Assembly (NCBI GenBank): GCA_963841435.1
Contig: CAWJCS010000003.1
Location: forward strand, 192,001-256,000
Length of the DNA: 64,000 nt
Origin: an uncultured delta proteobacterium
GTDB lineage: Bacteria > Myxococcota_A > Polyangia > Polyangiales > Polyangiaceae
Direction of reading: 5' to 3'
Positions 49,974 to 59,549 of the stretch are shown in pieces; position 1 is the first letter of the stretch, and each line of letters starts with the position of its first letter. The notes under the pieces were generated by a model that worked only from the letters and a program-made list of their open reading frames with translations, did not search any database and was not told the origin of the DNA. A program made the position numbers and the translations under genes.

Positions 49974-50600
49974 ATGAAGGCACTTGCCAAGCTGCTCGCG
50001 GAGCTCGTGACGTGGCGCTGGGCGCCCACGGTGGGGCTCGTCTCGGCAGCGCTGCTGTTCGTGATGATCGTGGTGGGCATGGTGCCGGCGGAGATCGAGG
50101 TGCCGATGGCGAATCCGCGCTTCACGCCGAAGCCCGCCGCGACGCTGACCAACGCGTCGATGGACTCGATGCCGGAGCCCGTCCAGGCGGCGGCGATGCC
50201 CCCGCCCGCACGAGCGAGGCCGTTCGAGTTCGGCCGGCGTGGTTTCTCGCCGCCGCTCGAACGCCCCGACGCGCCACCGCCACCGCCGCCACCGGCACCG
50301 GCACCCGAGCCGGCGCCCGCCGCGCCGCCTCCGCCCGCCGAGGAGCCGGAGGCCGCGCCTCCCCCCATGCGCATGCTCGCCAACCGCGTCGGCGGGTTGC
50401 TCCAGAGCGTCACGCGAGTGATTCCCGGCGCAGCGCCCCCCGCTCCCAATGTGCCGCCGCCACCCGATGCACCGCCGCCGCCCGCAGCAGCCGAGCCGCC
50501 CGCGGGCGACGCTCCCGCGGAAGCTCCCGACGGGACCAATCCTGCGCCGCCCAATCCCGCGGGCGAAGCAGCAACCGAGACGCCGGCCGAAGCGGAGTGA
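49974..50600 (+). CDS. Pro-rich single-pass membrane protein
   Basis: TM segment followed by Pro/Ala/Glu-rich region. Confidence 0.6.
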   Translation: MKALAKLLAELVTWRWAPTVGLVSAALLFVMIVVGMVPAEIEVPMANPRFTPKPAATLTNASMDSMPEPVQAAAMPPPARARPFEFGRRGFSPPLERPDAPPPPPPPAPAPEPAPAAPPPPAEEPEAAPPPMRMLANRVGGLLQSVTRVIPGAAPPAPNVPPPPDAPPPPAAAEPPAGDAPAEAPDGTNPAPPNPAGEAATETPAEAE

Positions 50601-50645
50601 CGGCGCGCGCCGATTCGCGCGCCGCGGACGGGGTTCGGCAACCTT

Positions 50646-51228
50646 CTACGAAGACGGGCCGAGGCAGTGGCGTCGCACGTAGCGCCTGAGCGTCGAGGAC
50701 GTTCTGCGTGTCGTAGTAAAGCTCTGCGCCCGCGCGTGACTCGGCGCCGGGGTGCTCGAAGCAATCGAGGATCACCTGATACCCCTGCTGGAGCGAGTGC
50801 TCGTTCTCGGGGTACTCGCTTCTGTATTGTTCGAGCAGGCGACGTAGACCCGCCGCGTCCTCCACGTCGATCGCGCCGTCGAGCTGCCCCAAGAGGTTGT
50901 TCTCGTGGTAGATGCGAAGGTGCTTGGGCGTGACCGGGTGGGGGTGCATGGGACCCTCGGGCTCAGGGTCACGCGGGTCGTGGGGCTTGATGGGAACGCC
51001 GTCGTCGGCGATGTCGAGCGGCGCCGGAACGTGCACGGGTTCGGCGGGTCTCACTTGGAGGCTCGCGAGCGTGGCATCGGCGCGGGGAGCGGGCGGCGTC
51101 GCCGCGAGGGGCTCGGGGGGAGCCGGCGCCGACTCGAGGACGACGAGCGCGCCGAGCCCGAACAGCACGCCGAGCACGCCGAGGCCAAAAAGCGCCGTGG
51201 TCGAGCGTTCTTCGTGCGGGCGGGCCAC
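50646..51228 (-). CDS. Hypothetical membrane-anchored protein, apparent +1 frameshift near 50702
   Basis: GTG directly after the M64 gene; TM; MHPHP motif; corrected end STLRRYVRRHCLGPSS*. Confidence 0.55.
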
Positions 51229-51230
51229 GT

Positions 51231-52874
51231 TCAGTTCTTCGTGACCGTCCAGGTGACGGTCTGCTCGGAGCGCGGCCAGGACGTTGCGTGACAGTAGTTG
51301 CCCTTCACGGACGAGGGGCACGTGCCGCTGCGGTTCCGAACGAGATCCGTCGTGGCGTTGTCGTAGGCGCGTGCGGAAATCATGTGGGAGCCCGCGGCGA
51401 GCCCCGCTGTCGAGAAGGTCGTTCCGGCGTTTTCCGTGGTCGTTCCGTCGACCGTCCAGTTGACGTTGATGACGGCCGGGTCGATGACGTTGACGCGCAG
51501 CGTGTCGGGGTTCGTCACGGCGCCGGCGGGCGGCTCCGTCGAGTCGATGGGAACGACCGCGCGCCAGATCGAGAAGATCATCTGCTCGCGCGACACGCAG
51601 TTGAAGCTCGTGTTCACGTTGGTGCCAAATAGGCTGTTCATCATCGAGTTCGACGACGGGCGGTACTGGCCGGAGTTGACGTACCGGCTGCCGACGAAGG
51701 TCCCCTGCACACCCGTCGCACCCATGTCCGGGACGTTGAGCCCCTTCTGAACGAAGCCCATCCAGGCGTCCCACTTGCCACCCGTCGTCATGGGGTTGCC
51801 CGTGGAATTGACCTCGGAGTACTCCGTGCCGGTCGTGCCGCTGCCGTTGGTGTCGGCGCCGCAGCTCGCGCCGGTACCCTTTGCGCAATATTCGTCGGCG
51901 AGCTGGTGAAAGCCGTGCCCACCCTCGTGCAGGGCGGCGCCCGGCCCGTCCTGATTGCCGCCGGACCACAGCATCAAGATCGCGCCCGTGTTCTCCCAGA
52001 GGCTCTGGTTCAAGACGACGGCCTTCCAGTCGATCTCGAAGCTCTTCGGGACGTTCGCGTTGAGGTACGAAGTCACCTTCGATTCGTTGACGCGAGCGAG
52101 CCGGTCACCGCCATTGCCGCCGTCGAACGCCGTGGCCCCGTTGCCGATGCCGTTGCTCTGGCTCACGACCTTCTCGACGCAGATGTTGACGAAGTTTCGG
52201 TAACGCGCGTATGGCTGGCCGCTCTCGCTGTTGAAGCGGCGATCGAGCGCGTTGTTGATGTGCGTGACGAGGGTCGTGTTGATGCTCGTCGCGTCGTAAC
52301 CGTCACCGAGAATCACGTAGTTGACGCGGTTCGACGGGGGGCCGTGATTCTCGACGGCCCAGCCGTCGGGTCCGCAGTCGAGCGCGGGTGGCGCGCCGCC
52401 CGTGCCGCCCATGCCACCGAACGGCGAGCCCGCTGCGCCGCCCGCGCCAGCACCGGAGCCGGCCGAGCCTCCCTGCGCGCCGCCCGCGCCGGCACCCGAG
52501 CTGCCGCTCCCTGCGTCGCCCGCAATGCCGCCGGCACCTGCTCCCCCACCTGCTGAGCCTCCCGCGGCGGGACCGCTCCCGGCGTTGGCGCCGGCGCTTC
52601 CTGCACCGGCCCCCGCGCTCCCCGCAGTGGCGCTGCCGCCCGTACCGTTGCCTCCGGAGTCGACGCTGCCCGCCGTGCCGCCCGTCTGCGTACCGGTACC
52701 GCTGATACCACCGGTCGCACCACTTGCTCCGGCGCTTCCACCGGAGGCGGGCGCGGTGCCACCTGTCCCCGCGCCCGAAACGCCATCGGTTGTCGTTTCG
52801 AGTGAGCAGGCAGCGAGCAACACCAGAGCGACGAGAGAACTCCCGGCGCCGAGAACGCGATCAAATTGGGTCAT
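51231..52874 (-). CDS. M64 (IgA peptidase-like) zinc metallopeptidase lipoprotein with Gly-rich linker
   Basis: Lipobox LAAC; ILGDGY; HEGGHGFHQLADEY zinc motif; YRPSSNSMM. Confidence 0.85.
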   Translation of the reverse strand: MTQFDRVLGAGSSLVALVLLAACSLETTTDGVSGAGTGGTAPASGGSAGASGATGGISGTGTQTGGTAGSVDSGGNGTGGSATAGSAGAGAGSAGANAGSGPAAGGSAGGGAGAGGIAGDAGSGSSGAGAGGAQGGSAGSGAGAGGAAGSPFGGMGGTGGAPPALDCGPDGWAVENHGPPSNRVNYVILGDGYDATSINTTLVTHINNALDRRFNSESGQPYARYRNFVNICVEKVVSQSNGIGNGATAFDGGNGGDRLARVNESKVTSYLNANVPKSFEIDWKAVVLNQSLWENTGAILMLWSGGNQDGPGAALHEGGHGFHQLADEYCAKGTGASCGADTNGSGTTGTEYSEVNSTGNPMTTGGKWDAWMGFVQKGLNVPDMGATGVQGTFVGSRYVNSGQYRPSSNSMMNSLFGTNVNTSFNCVSREQMIFSIWRAVVPIDSTEPPAGAVTNPDTLRVNVIDPAVINVNWTVDGTTTENAGTTFSTAGLAAGSHMISARAYDNATTDLVRNRSGTCPSSVKGNYCHATSWPRSEQTVTWTVTKN

Positions 52875-53059
52875 GTGAATCAAACCCTCGGATCGCGAGG
52901 TGACCGCCCGCGACGGAGGTGCACCAAAAAAGATGAACCCAAACGTCTTCTCCACCGCTGGTCGAATTTTTTTGCGACAGCTCGTGATCGAGCCGCGTGT
53001 CCTCGTCGCGGCACGCTCGTTCGTCGAACACGGGCCGAAATAGCGGGTGCGGTGCCGTC

Positions 53060-53431
53060 TCAGCGCGCGCGCAGGCGATCCAGCGCCCGCCGATCGGCCT
53101 TCGTGGGGCGCCCCGCACCGCGCTCACGGGCCGCGACGAGCGGCTCCTTCGGCGGCGGCGGCGGCGAGCGATCGACGTAGAGCAATCGCGCCTTGTCCGC
53201 CCCGAGGCGTTTCTCGGCGAGCGCCACGACCTCGAGCACGGTGAGGCCACGCGGCACCTCGGCGCTCACCTCGTCGCCCACGCGGACGAGATGGCTCGGG
53301 CGCACGGGCTGACCGTTGACGAGAACGCGCGCGGCGCCACACGCCTCCTGCGCGAGGGTGCGCGACTTGTAGACGCGAGCCGCCGTGAGCCAGCGGTCGA
53401 TGCGAACGCTGGGACCGGCGTCGGCTTTCAC
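53060..53431 (-). CDS. hslR: Hsp15-like S4 RNA-binding protein
   Basis: RIDRWL..R..KSRTLA; RERGAGRPTKADRR. Confidence 0.88.
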   Translation of the reverse strand: MKADAGPSVRIDRWLTAARVYKSRTLAQEACGAARVLVNGQPVRPSHLVRVGDEVSAEVPRGLTVLEVVALAEKRLGADKARLLYVDRSPPPPPKEPLVAARERGAGRPTKADRRALDRLRAR

Positions 53432-54907
53432 GCCACGTACTCGTAGTACTCGACCCCGAGGTCCTGGAACGCCGGGTCGTAGCTCTTGCCGACGCGCGCG
53501 ATGCAAAACTCGCGGCTCGGCCGGTACGTGAGGTTGGGCACGTCGTGCCCGTCGTGCAACGCCTCGTATTGCCCGCGATCGAGGTCGATGCCGCCCGACA
53601 GCGCGCGAGCAAAGCCAATGCGCGATGCGGCCGCGGTCCAGCCGGGAACGACGGAGAACGGGAGCGCCTCGGCGGCGTCGCCGCTGCCGTAGCCCACGGC
53701 GACGAGCGGCGCGCCTTCGAGCTCGACGGCACCCGTCGCTGCTTGCTCGAGGCCGGCCGCGATCCAAGCGGGGAGCGCTGCGCTGTAGAGATTACCGAGG
53801 TCCTTCGCGGCCTCCGACCCGAGGCTCATCTTCCTGGCGAGCAGCTCGCGGAAGGCCGCACGCTTGCGTAGCGTGCTCGCCGCGGCGCTCGTCGCAAGGT
53901 ACGGGTCCGCTCCCGTGCCCCCCAGGAGCAGTTGCGCGTACAAGTCCGGCGAAGAGACGGTTTCGGCGAGCACGTCCTCGACACGAACGCCCGCCTCGCT
54001 GCAGAGCTCGCGGAGCTCGTCGTGGCGATGGTCGCCGCGCGCGAGCCCTCGCACGTAGAGAAACGACATCGCCTGGACCGGCATGAGGTGATACGGCCGG
54101 TGGAAGAAGAGCGCGGCGACTTTTTCGTAGTAGGCGCCCGCCGAGACGTTCGAGCCTGTGCAGCATGTCCTCGACGGCGTGCACGGTCTCGTCGATGTAG
54201 GAAAACGTCGAGTATTTCCCGCTGAAAACCGGGAAATCCGCGCCGCGCCGCGTGTTCTTCGCGTACTCCTCGCTGAAGTGACGCGCGAAGGGCTTGCGAA
54301 AATCCGGGCCGCGGTAGTCGGAGGCTGTACCCGCGTGAGCGAGGTCGACCGCGAAGAGCCGCGGCCTCCGCTCGACGAGCAAGGCGACGGCGCCGGCGCC
54401 TTGCGTCTGCTCGCCCGTGCTGCCGCGCTCGTATTCCGCAACGTCGGCACTCACGACGATCGCGAGCCGGTCCGCTCCGTCGCATTGCGCGTAGCGGAGC
54501 GCGCTCTTCAGCGCGTACACACCCCCGAGACAGGCGTGCTTGAACTCGGGCACCTCGAGGTGCCGCGAGAGGCGGGGCAGGCCGAGCGCTTCGAGCGCGC
54601 GGTCGACCATGCCGCGCACGATCACGGCACCAGCCGCATTGTCCGTGCTCGATTCCGTACCGAGCCCGAGAAAGCCCACCTTCTGCGGATCGACGCCGTT
54701 GTCGCGGATCAGCGCGAGCACGGCGTTGGCGGCCATGGTGTAGACGTTCTGGTGCCGACCCGGGACGCGGAAGCTCCGCCCGACGACAGCGCTGATCTTG
54801 TCCCAATTATTCCCGGTCCATTGGCACCAGCTTTCGAGTGGCACGCGAAAGGGTGGGACGTAGAGGCTCATGGCGCTGACGCCGCAAAGACCCTGCTCGG
54901 AGGACAT
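53428..54907 (-). CDS. mvaS: Hydroxymethylglutaryl-CoA synthase family protein, apparent +1 frameshift near 54150
   Basis: GTESSTD, EFKHACLGG, EQTQGAGAVA, GKYS, FHRPY, GNLYSA, GYGSG. Confidence 0.85.
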
Positions 54908-55080
54908 GGCCGGAGCGTTTAGCACGGCGCGTTCCGGCATTCAGCCGTCGAGCCGAGAGTCCCGAGCCCGGCGCCCGAAAACCGGGCGAGCCCGCGCTTG
55001 AGCGTCGGCCCGCGACCGACCAGACTCCTCGCCGACACCTTTTTCCGTCGCACGGGAAACTACCCTCGTCACGCTTCGAC

Positions 55081-55722
55081 ATGAACTTCGTCGGACACGT
55101 CGCTCTCGCTGCTCGCTTCTCGGACGAGCCAGCCTTTTTCCTCGGGGCCATGCTGCCCGACTTCTCGAGCATGCTCGGCGTGCGGGCTCCCGATCGCGTG
55201 CCCGGAGCGCTCGGCGAGGGCATCCGCTTCCACCACCTCACGGACGAGGTGTTTCACGCGCTGCCGTGGTTCACCGAGCTGCAAGGTGAGGCGTTGCGCT
55301 TTTTGCGTGCGCGTGGCGTCGCGGCCGGCACGCGGCGCGCCGTGGCGCACGTCGGCGTCGAGCTCCTCCTGGATGCCGAGCTCGCCGAGGATCCCCGGAC
55401 GCGCGCGGCGTACCTCGGCGGCCTCAGCGCCGGGCGCGACCCGACCGTCCTTGGCTCGCTACCCTGGCCCGCCGTCCAGCGGGCACGCCTCCAGCGACTC
55501 GCCGCGATACTAGAAGAGCGAAGTGACAGTGCAAAAGCCGGCGCCGCCGTCGTGGTCGAGCGCCTGGCGCGCGCGCTTTCGAGCCACCCGCGGCTCGCGG
55601 TGGGACCAGACGCGCTAAAACCCGTGACGGACTGGGTTGAGCTGGGCCGCGCGCGTGTCGTAGCATCCGCGCCGGTGCTCGTTGCCAACCTCGCGCAAGC
55701 CATCGCCGGGCGTTTCACCTGA
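55081..55722 (+). CDS. ACP phosphodiesterase-like (AcpH-like) metal-dependent hydrolase
   Basis: MNFVGH, GAMLPD, GIRFHHLTDEVFH, HVGVELLLD. Confidence 0.7.
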   Translation: MNFVGHVALAARFSDEPAFFLGAMLPDFSSMLGVRAPDRVPGALGEGIRFHHLTDEVFHALPWFTELQGEALRFLRARGVAAGTRRAVAHVGVELLLDAELAEDPRTRAAYLGGLSAGRDPTVLGSLPWPAVQRARLQRLAAILEERSDSAKAGAAVVVERLARALSSHPRLAVGPDALKPVTDWVELGRARVVASAPVLVANLAQAIAGRFT

Positions 55723-55753
55723 ACGGGCGTCCCCCGCGACCCGCGGGAAGCGC

Positions 55754-56350
55754 GTGCTCGTGGCGGTGCTCCTCGGGGTCGCCGCGCTCGTGCACACGGC
55801 GCCCGGCGCCGCGCAGATCAAGCAGCCCGGCGCGCATCCGCACTACGCGGTCGAGCTCGATCCGCACTTCGTGATCCAGCATTCCCAGCGCCCGTTCGGC
55901 AGTGCGGGGATCGGACTCGGTCTACGCGCGGCCGTGCCCTTCGTGCACAACGGCCCCGTTCCGCAGATCAACAACAACATCGGCATCAGCTTCGGCATCG
56001 ACTGGGTCCACTTCGGAGACGACGACGTGTGCCGCGTGCGCGGTGGTGTGCCGTTCTTTCCCGACCGGTGCAGTGGCGCGAACGTCTGGTTGCCCGCAAC
56101 CGCCGAGTGGAGCTTCTTCTTCACACCCGTCGTGAGCGTGTTCGCCGACGTGGGTCTCGCGCTACAATACGAGCACTGGTCGTGGGCCGGGGTCTGCAAC
56201 GGCGGCACGTGCAACACCTCGGACTCGAACGTGGACGTCGAGTTCGTGAGCTGGGTCGGTGGCCGATTCCTCGTGTTCGGCGATCGCGCGGGCTTCACGG
56301 TCCGCCTCGGTTGGCCCTACGTCGCCTTGGGCGGCGCCGTCCTGTTCTAA
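55754..56350 (+). CDS. Predicted small outer-membrane beta-barrel protein
   Basis: Signal peptide, amphipathic strands, terminal Phe, two Cys pairs; start uncertain. Confidence 0.65.
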   Translation: MLVAVLLGVAALVHTAPGAAQIKQPGAHPHYAVELDPHFVIQHSQRPFGSAGIGLGLRAAVPFVHNGPVPQINNNIGISFGIDWVHFGDDDVCRVRGGVPFFPDRCSGANVWLPATAEWSFFFTPVVSVFADVGLALQYEHWSWAGVCNGGTCNTSDSNVDVEFVSWVGGRFLVFGDRAGFTVRLGWPYVALGGAVLF

Positions 56351-56372
56351 AACAGCTATTTTCGAGCCTGCC

Positions 56373-57158
56373 GTGGAACGCGACCGCCCCCAGCCGAGCA
56401 ACATCGCAACGACCATCTTCCGCGAGATGCGCCGTCGCATTCTGTCCGGCGAGCTTTCGCCCGGCGAGCGCCTGCCCGGCGAGCGAGAGCTCGCCACCGA
56501 GTACCGCACCAACCGCAACACGCTACGTGAGGCCGTGCGGCGCCTCGAGCAAGCGCGACTCGTCACCGTGCGGCACGGGCAGGGTGTCACCGTCGCCGAT
56601 TTCCGCAAGAGCGGCACGCTCGAGCTGCTCGCGCCGTTCCTCGAGTCGGCCGCCGAGCTCGGCGAGAGTGTCCACATGCTCGAGGACATCCTCCGCGCGC
56701 GGCTCCTCGTCCTCGAATTCGCCACGCGGCTCGCCGCCGAGCGCGCAGACAAGGAAGACACCGCGCGCCTGCGCGACATCACCGAGCTCGTGATCGCGGC
56801 TTTCGAGCGGCAAGATCCGGTCTTGATTGGCCACGGCTTTCAACGCTGGCTCGACGCGCTCGTGGACTCGAGCCACTCGGTGGCCGTGCGCTGGATCGCG
56901 AATCCGTTCCTGGAAGCGTACCGAGAAATCATCGATCGCTTCCCGACGCTCTGGGTGCTCGAGCCGAGCTTTCCGCAGTATTTGCGCGAATTCGGCGCCG
57001 CGCTCGAGAGCGCCGACACGGAGCGCGCCATCGGGCTCACGCGCGCCTACTATCAGCGCGTGGACCGTGCCTTCATGCAGGCGCTCGCCGGTTTGATGAT
57101 CGAGCTCAAGAGCGCGCCGTTCGCTGCGCCCGTGGCCGAGGACGAGACCAGGCACTAG
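56373..57158 (+). CDS. GntR/FadR-like transcriptional regulator
   Basis: GERLPGERELA...RNTLREA..RL wHTH; RHGQGVTV; FadR-like C-domain. Confidence 0.88.
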   Translation: MERDRPQPSNIATTIFREMRRRILSGELSPGERLPGERELATEYRTNRNTLREAVRRLEQARLVTVRHGQGVTVADFRKSGTLELLAPFLESAAELGESVHMLEDILRARLLVLEFATRLAAERADKEDTARLRDITELVIAAFERQDPVLIGHGFQRWLDALVDSSHSVAVRWIANPFLEAYREIIDRFPTLWVLEPSFPQYLREFGAALESADTERAIGLTRAYYQRVDRAFMQALAGLMIELKSAPFAAPVAEDETRH

Positions 57159-57173
57159 GGGAGGCTCGGTCGC

Positions 57174-58325
57174 ATGGCGCTCGCTCTCGCTCGCGTCGTC
57201 GCCCTGGTCGAGGCGCTGGCGCCGCTCCAGCATGCCGAAAGCTGGGACAACGTGGGGCTCTTGCTCGAGCCCGCGGGCGATCGCCGCCGCCCGCACGAGG
57301 AGCCCGAGATCGAGCGGGTGCTGCTCACGATCGATCTCACCGACGCCGTGCTCGACGAGCTCTCGTCGCTCGACGTGGACCTCGTCGTCGCGTACCACCC
57401 GCCGCTCTTCCACCCTCTCAAACGCCTCCGCGCCTCGGTGCCTGCCGAGCGGCGCGTGCTCGCGCTCGCGCGCGCCGGCATTGCCCTTCATTCGCCACAC
57501 ACGGCGCTCGACGCCGCACCCGGTGGCGTCAACGACTGGCTTTCGTCGGGCCTCGGTCCCGGCGACCGCGCGCCGCTCGTCGTCCTATCGACCCACGATC
57601 CGGCGCTCGAGCTCAAGCTCGTCACGTTCGTGCCCGAGAGCGACGTGGAGCGCGTCGCCTCCGCGCTCGCAAAGGCCGGCGCCGGCGTGATCGGCGAGTA
57701 CACCGAGTGCTCGAGCCGAGCGGAAACGACGGGGACGTTTCGCGGCAGCGAGCGGGCAAATCCCGCCGTGGGCGCGCGCGGACAGCTCGAGCGCGTGAGC
57801 GAAATCCGGCTCGAGATGGTGTGTCCGAAAAGCGCGCTCACGCGCGTCGCCGAGGTGATGCGCGACGTGCACCCCTACGAGGAGCCGGCCTTCGACCTCT
57901 ACCCGCTCGTGCCGCACCCCGCGCTCGGAACCGGCATCGCCCGCCGAGTCACGCTGAGCGACCCTGCGCCGCTCGCGACGCTCGTCGAGCGGCTCAAGGC
58001 GCACATCAATGTTCCGTCGCTGCGCGTGGCTGCCACGCCCGAACACGCTCGCGGTGCGGCGCTCGCCCGCGCGCTCGTGTGCGCCGGCTCGGGCGGCAGC
58101 GTGCTCCGCGACGCGCCCGCTGCCGATCTGGTCGTGACCGGCGAGCTTTCGCACCACGCCGTGCTCGAGCAGCTCTCGCGCGGCACGAGCGTCGTCCTTT
58201 GCGAGCACTCGAGCTCGGAGCGGGGCTATCTGCCGAGCTTCGCCGAGCGCCTGCGCGAGGCTGCGGGCGGTGCGATCGCCACGTTCGTCTCGGCCGAGGA
58301 CCGCGAGCCCCTCGAGCGCTGGTGA
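57174..58325 (+). CDS. Nif3/DUF34 dinuclear metal protein with PII-like insert
   Basis: AESWDNVGL, YHPPLF, HTALD, HPYEEPA, CAGSG, EHSSSE. Confidence 0.92.
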   Translation: MALALARVVALVEALAPLQHAESWDNVGLLLEPAGDRRRPHEEPEIERVLLTIDLTDAVLDELSSLDVDLVVAYHPPLFHPLKRLRASVPAERRVLALARAGIALHSPHTALDAAPGGVNDWLSSGLGPGDRAPLVVLSTHDPALELKLVTFVPESDVERVASALAKAGAGVIGEYTECSSRAETTGTFRGSERANPAVGARGQLERVSEIRLEMVCPKSALTRVAEVMRDVHPYEEPAFDLYPLVPHPALGTGIARRVTLSDPAPLATLVERLKAHINVPSLRVAATPEHARGAALARALVCAGSGGSVLRDAPAADLVVTGELSHHAVLEQLSRGTSVVLCEHSSSERGYLPSFAERLREAAGGAIATFVSAEDREPLERW

Positions 58326-58423
58326 AAGCTCTCGAGAAGGGGACGCGTCCCGAATCGCCACGCACGGGCTCGCCTCGAAAAGGGGCACGCCCGCGAGCCT
58401 GCCCCCGTGTGCTAAAGCGGCGG

Positions 58424-59086
58424 ATGGTGGCACGTTCCTTGGTCTTTTTCGCGGCACTCGTCGTCGCGCTCTCCGTTTCGGGCTGCAAGAAGAAGGAAGA
58501 GTCTGGCCTGCGTGGGAGCGGCGTGGGCGCAAAGGTCGTGCGCACCTTGCCTCCCTTCACGAGCGTGCGGGTCGGTGGCTCGTTACGCGCCGAAATCAGC
58601 GTGGGCAAGCCCGTCTCCCTGGAGCTGCGCGGGGACGACAATCTGCTGTCGCACGTCAAGCCCCGCGTCGAAGACGGCACGCTGGTGCTCGAGCCCGACC
58701 AGGTCCTCCGGACGACGCAGCCGCTCGTCGCCCGTTTCGGCGCGGAGAAGCTCGACGGCGTCGCACTCGTCGCGGCGGCGAGCGCCAACGTCGAGGGAGT
58801 GCGTGCCGAACACTTCGCCGTCAAGGGCACGGGCGGTACGCGCCTGGTCGCGAAGGGCTCGAGTCAGACGCTCGAGGTCAACGTGAAGTCTGCCGCGCGC
58901 TTCGACCTCTCGGGGTTCGCTGCAGGCGCCGCCAAGGTCACGGCGAAGGACGCCGCGAGCGTCAACCTCGGCTACCTCGAACGGCTCGACGCCACGCTGA
59001 CCGGCATGAGCCGCGTCGTCTTTCGCGGCGACCCCGTGATCAAACAGGACGTGAAGCGCCCCGCTCGGCTCCTGCGCGTTCCCTGA
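58424..59086 (+). CDS. GIN-domain (DUF2807) lipoprotein
   Basis: Lipobox VSGC; GSG...R.LPPF, GDDNLL, VEDGTL, F.GDP. Confidence 0.8.
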   Translation: MVARSLVFFAALVVALSVSGCKKKEESGLRGSGVGAKVVRTLPPFTSVRVGGSLRAEISVGKPVSLELRGDDNLLSHVKPRVEDGTLVLEPDQVLRTTQPLVARFGAEKLDGVALVAAASANVEGVRAEHFAVKGTGGTRLVAKGSSQTLEVNVKSAARFDLSGFAAGAAKVTAKDAASVNLGYLERLDATLTGMSRVVFRGDPVIKQDVKRPARLLRVP

Positions 59087-59092
59087 GCCCGC

Positions 59093-59434
59093 TCACCAGG
59101 CGCAGCCGACCTCGTCGGGATGATCGGCGCAGTAGACCTGACGACACTGGTAGAGCCGCGCCTGCTCCCCCGAACAGGCCGAGGGTGCAGGATCGCAGAG
59201 GTCGTTCAGCTTCGCGAAGCAGTCGACGAGATCGGCGTTCTGGCTCGTGCAACCGAAGCGGTCCGCTCGAGCCGTGTCGTCCCCGCACGACTTGTCGCAG
59301 TCGCGCGTGCGCTCGTCCGGTGAGGCGTCGGGGCACTGTTTCCGATCTTCGCAGACGGATTCGCAATTCGCGCCGCAGCCGGAGACGAAACCAAGCAGGG
59401 TCAGGGCGAGGGCAAAGCCCGAGAAAACCTTCAT
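59093..59434 (-). CDS. Small Cys-rich lipoprotein
   Basis: Lipobox VSGC; 13 Cys in about 95 mature residues. Confidence 0.7.
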   Translation of the reverse strand: MKVFSGFALALTLLGFVSGCGANCESVCEDRKQCPDASPDERTRDCDKSCGDDTARADRFGCTSQNADLVDCFAKLNDLCDPAPSACSGEQARLYQCRQVYCADHPDEVGCAW

Positions 59435-59549
59435 GGATGACACGCGCGCGGTCCTATTTGGCAGGCGGAAGCCCGCTCGGCGAGAAAAATCCGAAGGTGA
59501 CTGTTGCCGCGGCGGTCGTTTGGCATCTTATTCGGGTTTCCGAGGACAG

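Noticed and set aside
15840-54160. Programmed ribosomal frameshifting as the cause of the split genes
   Set aside because: No slippery heptamers; the affected genes are unrelated; a shared single-A duplication fits sequencing error better
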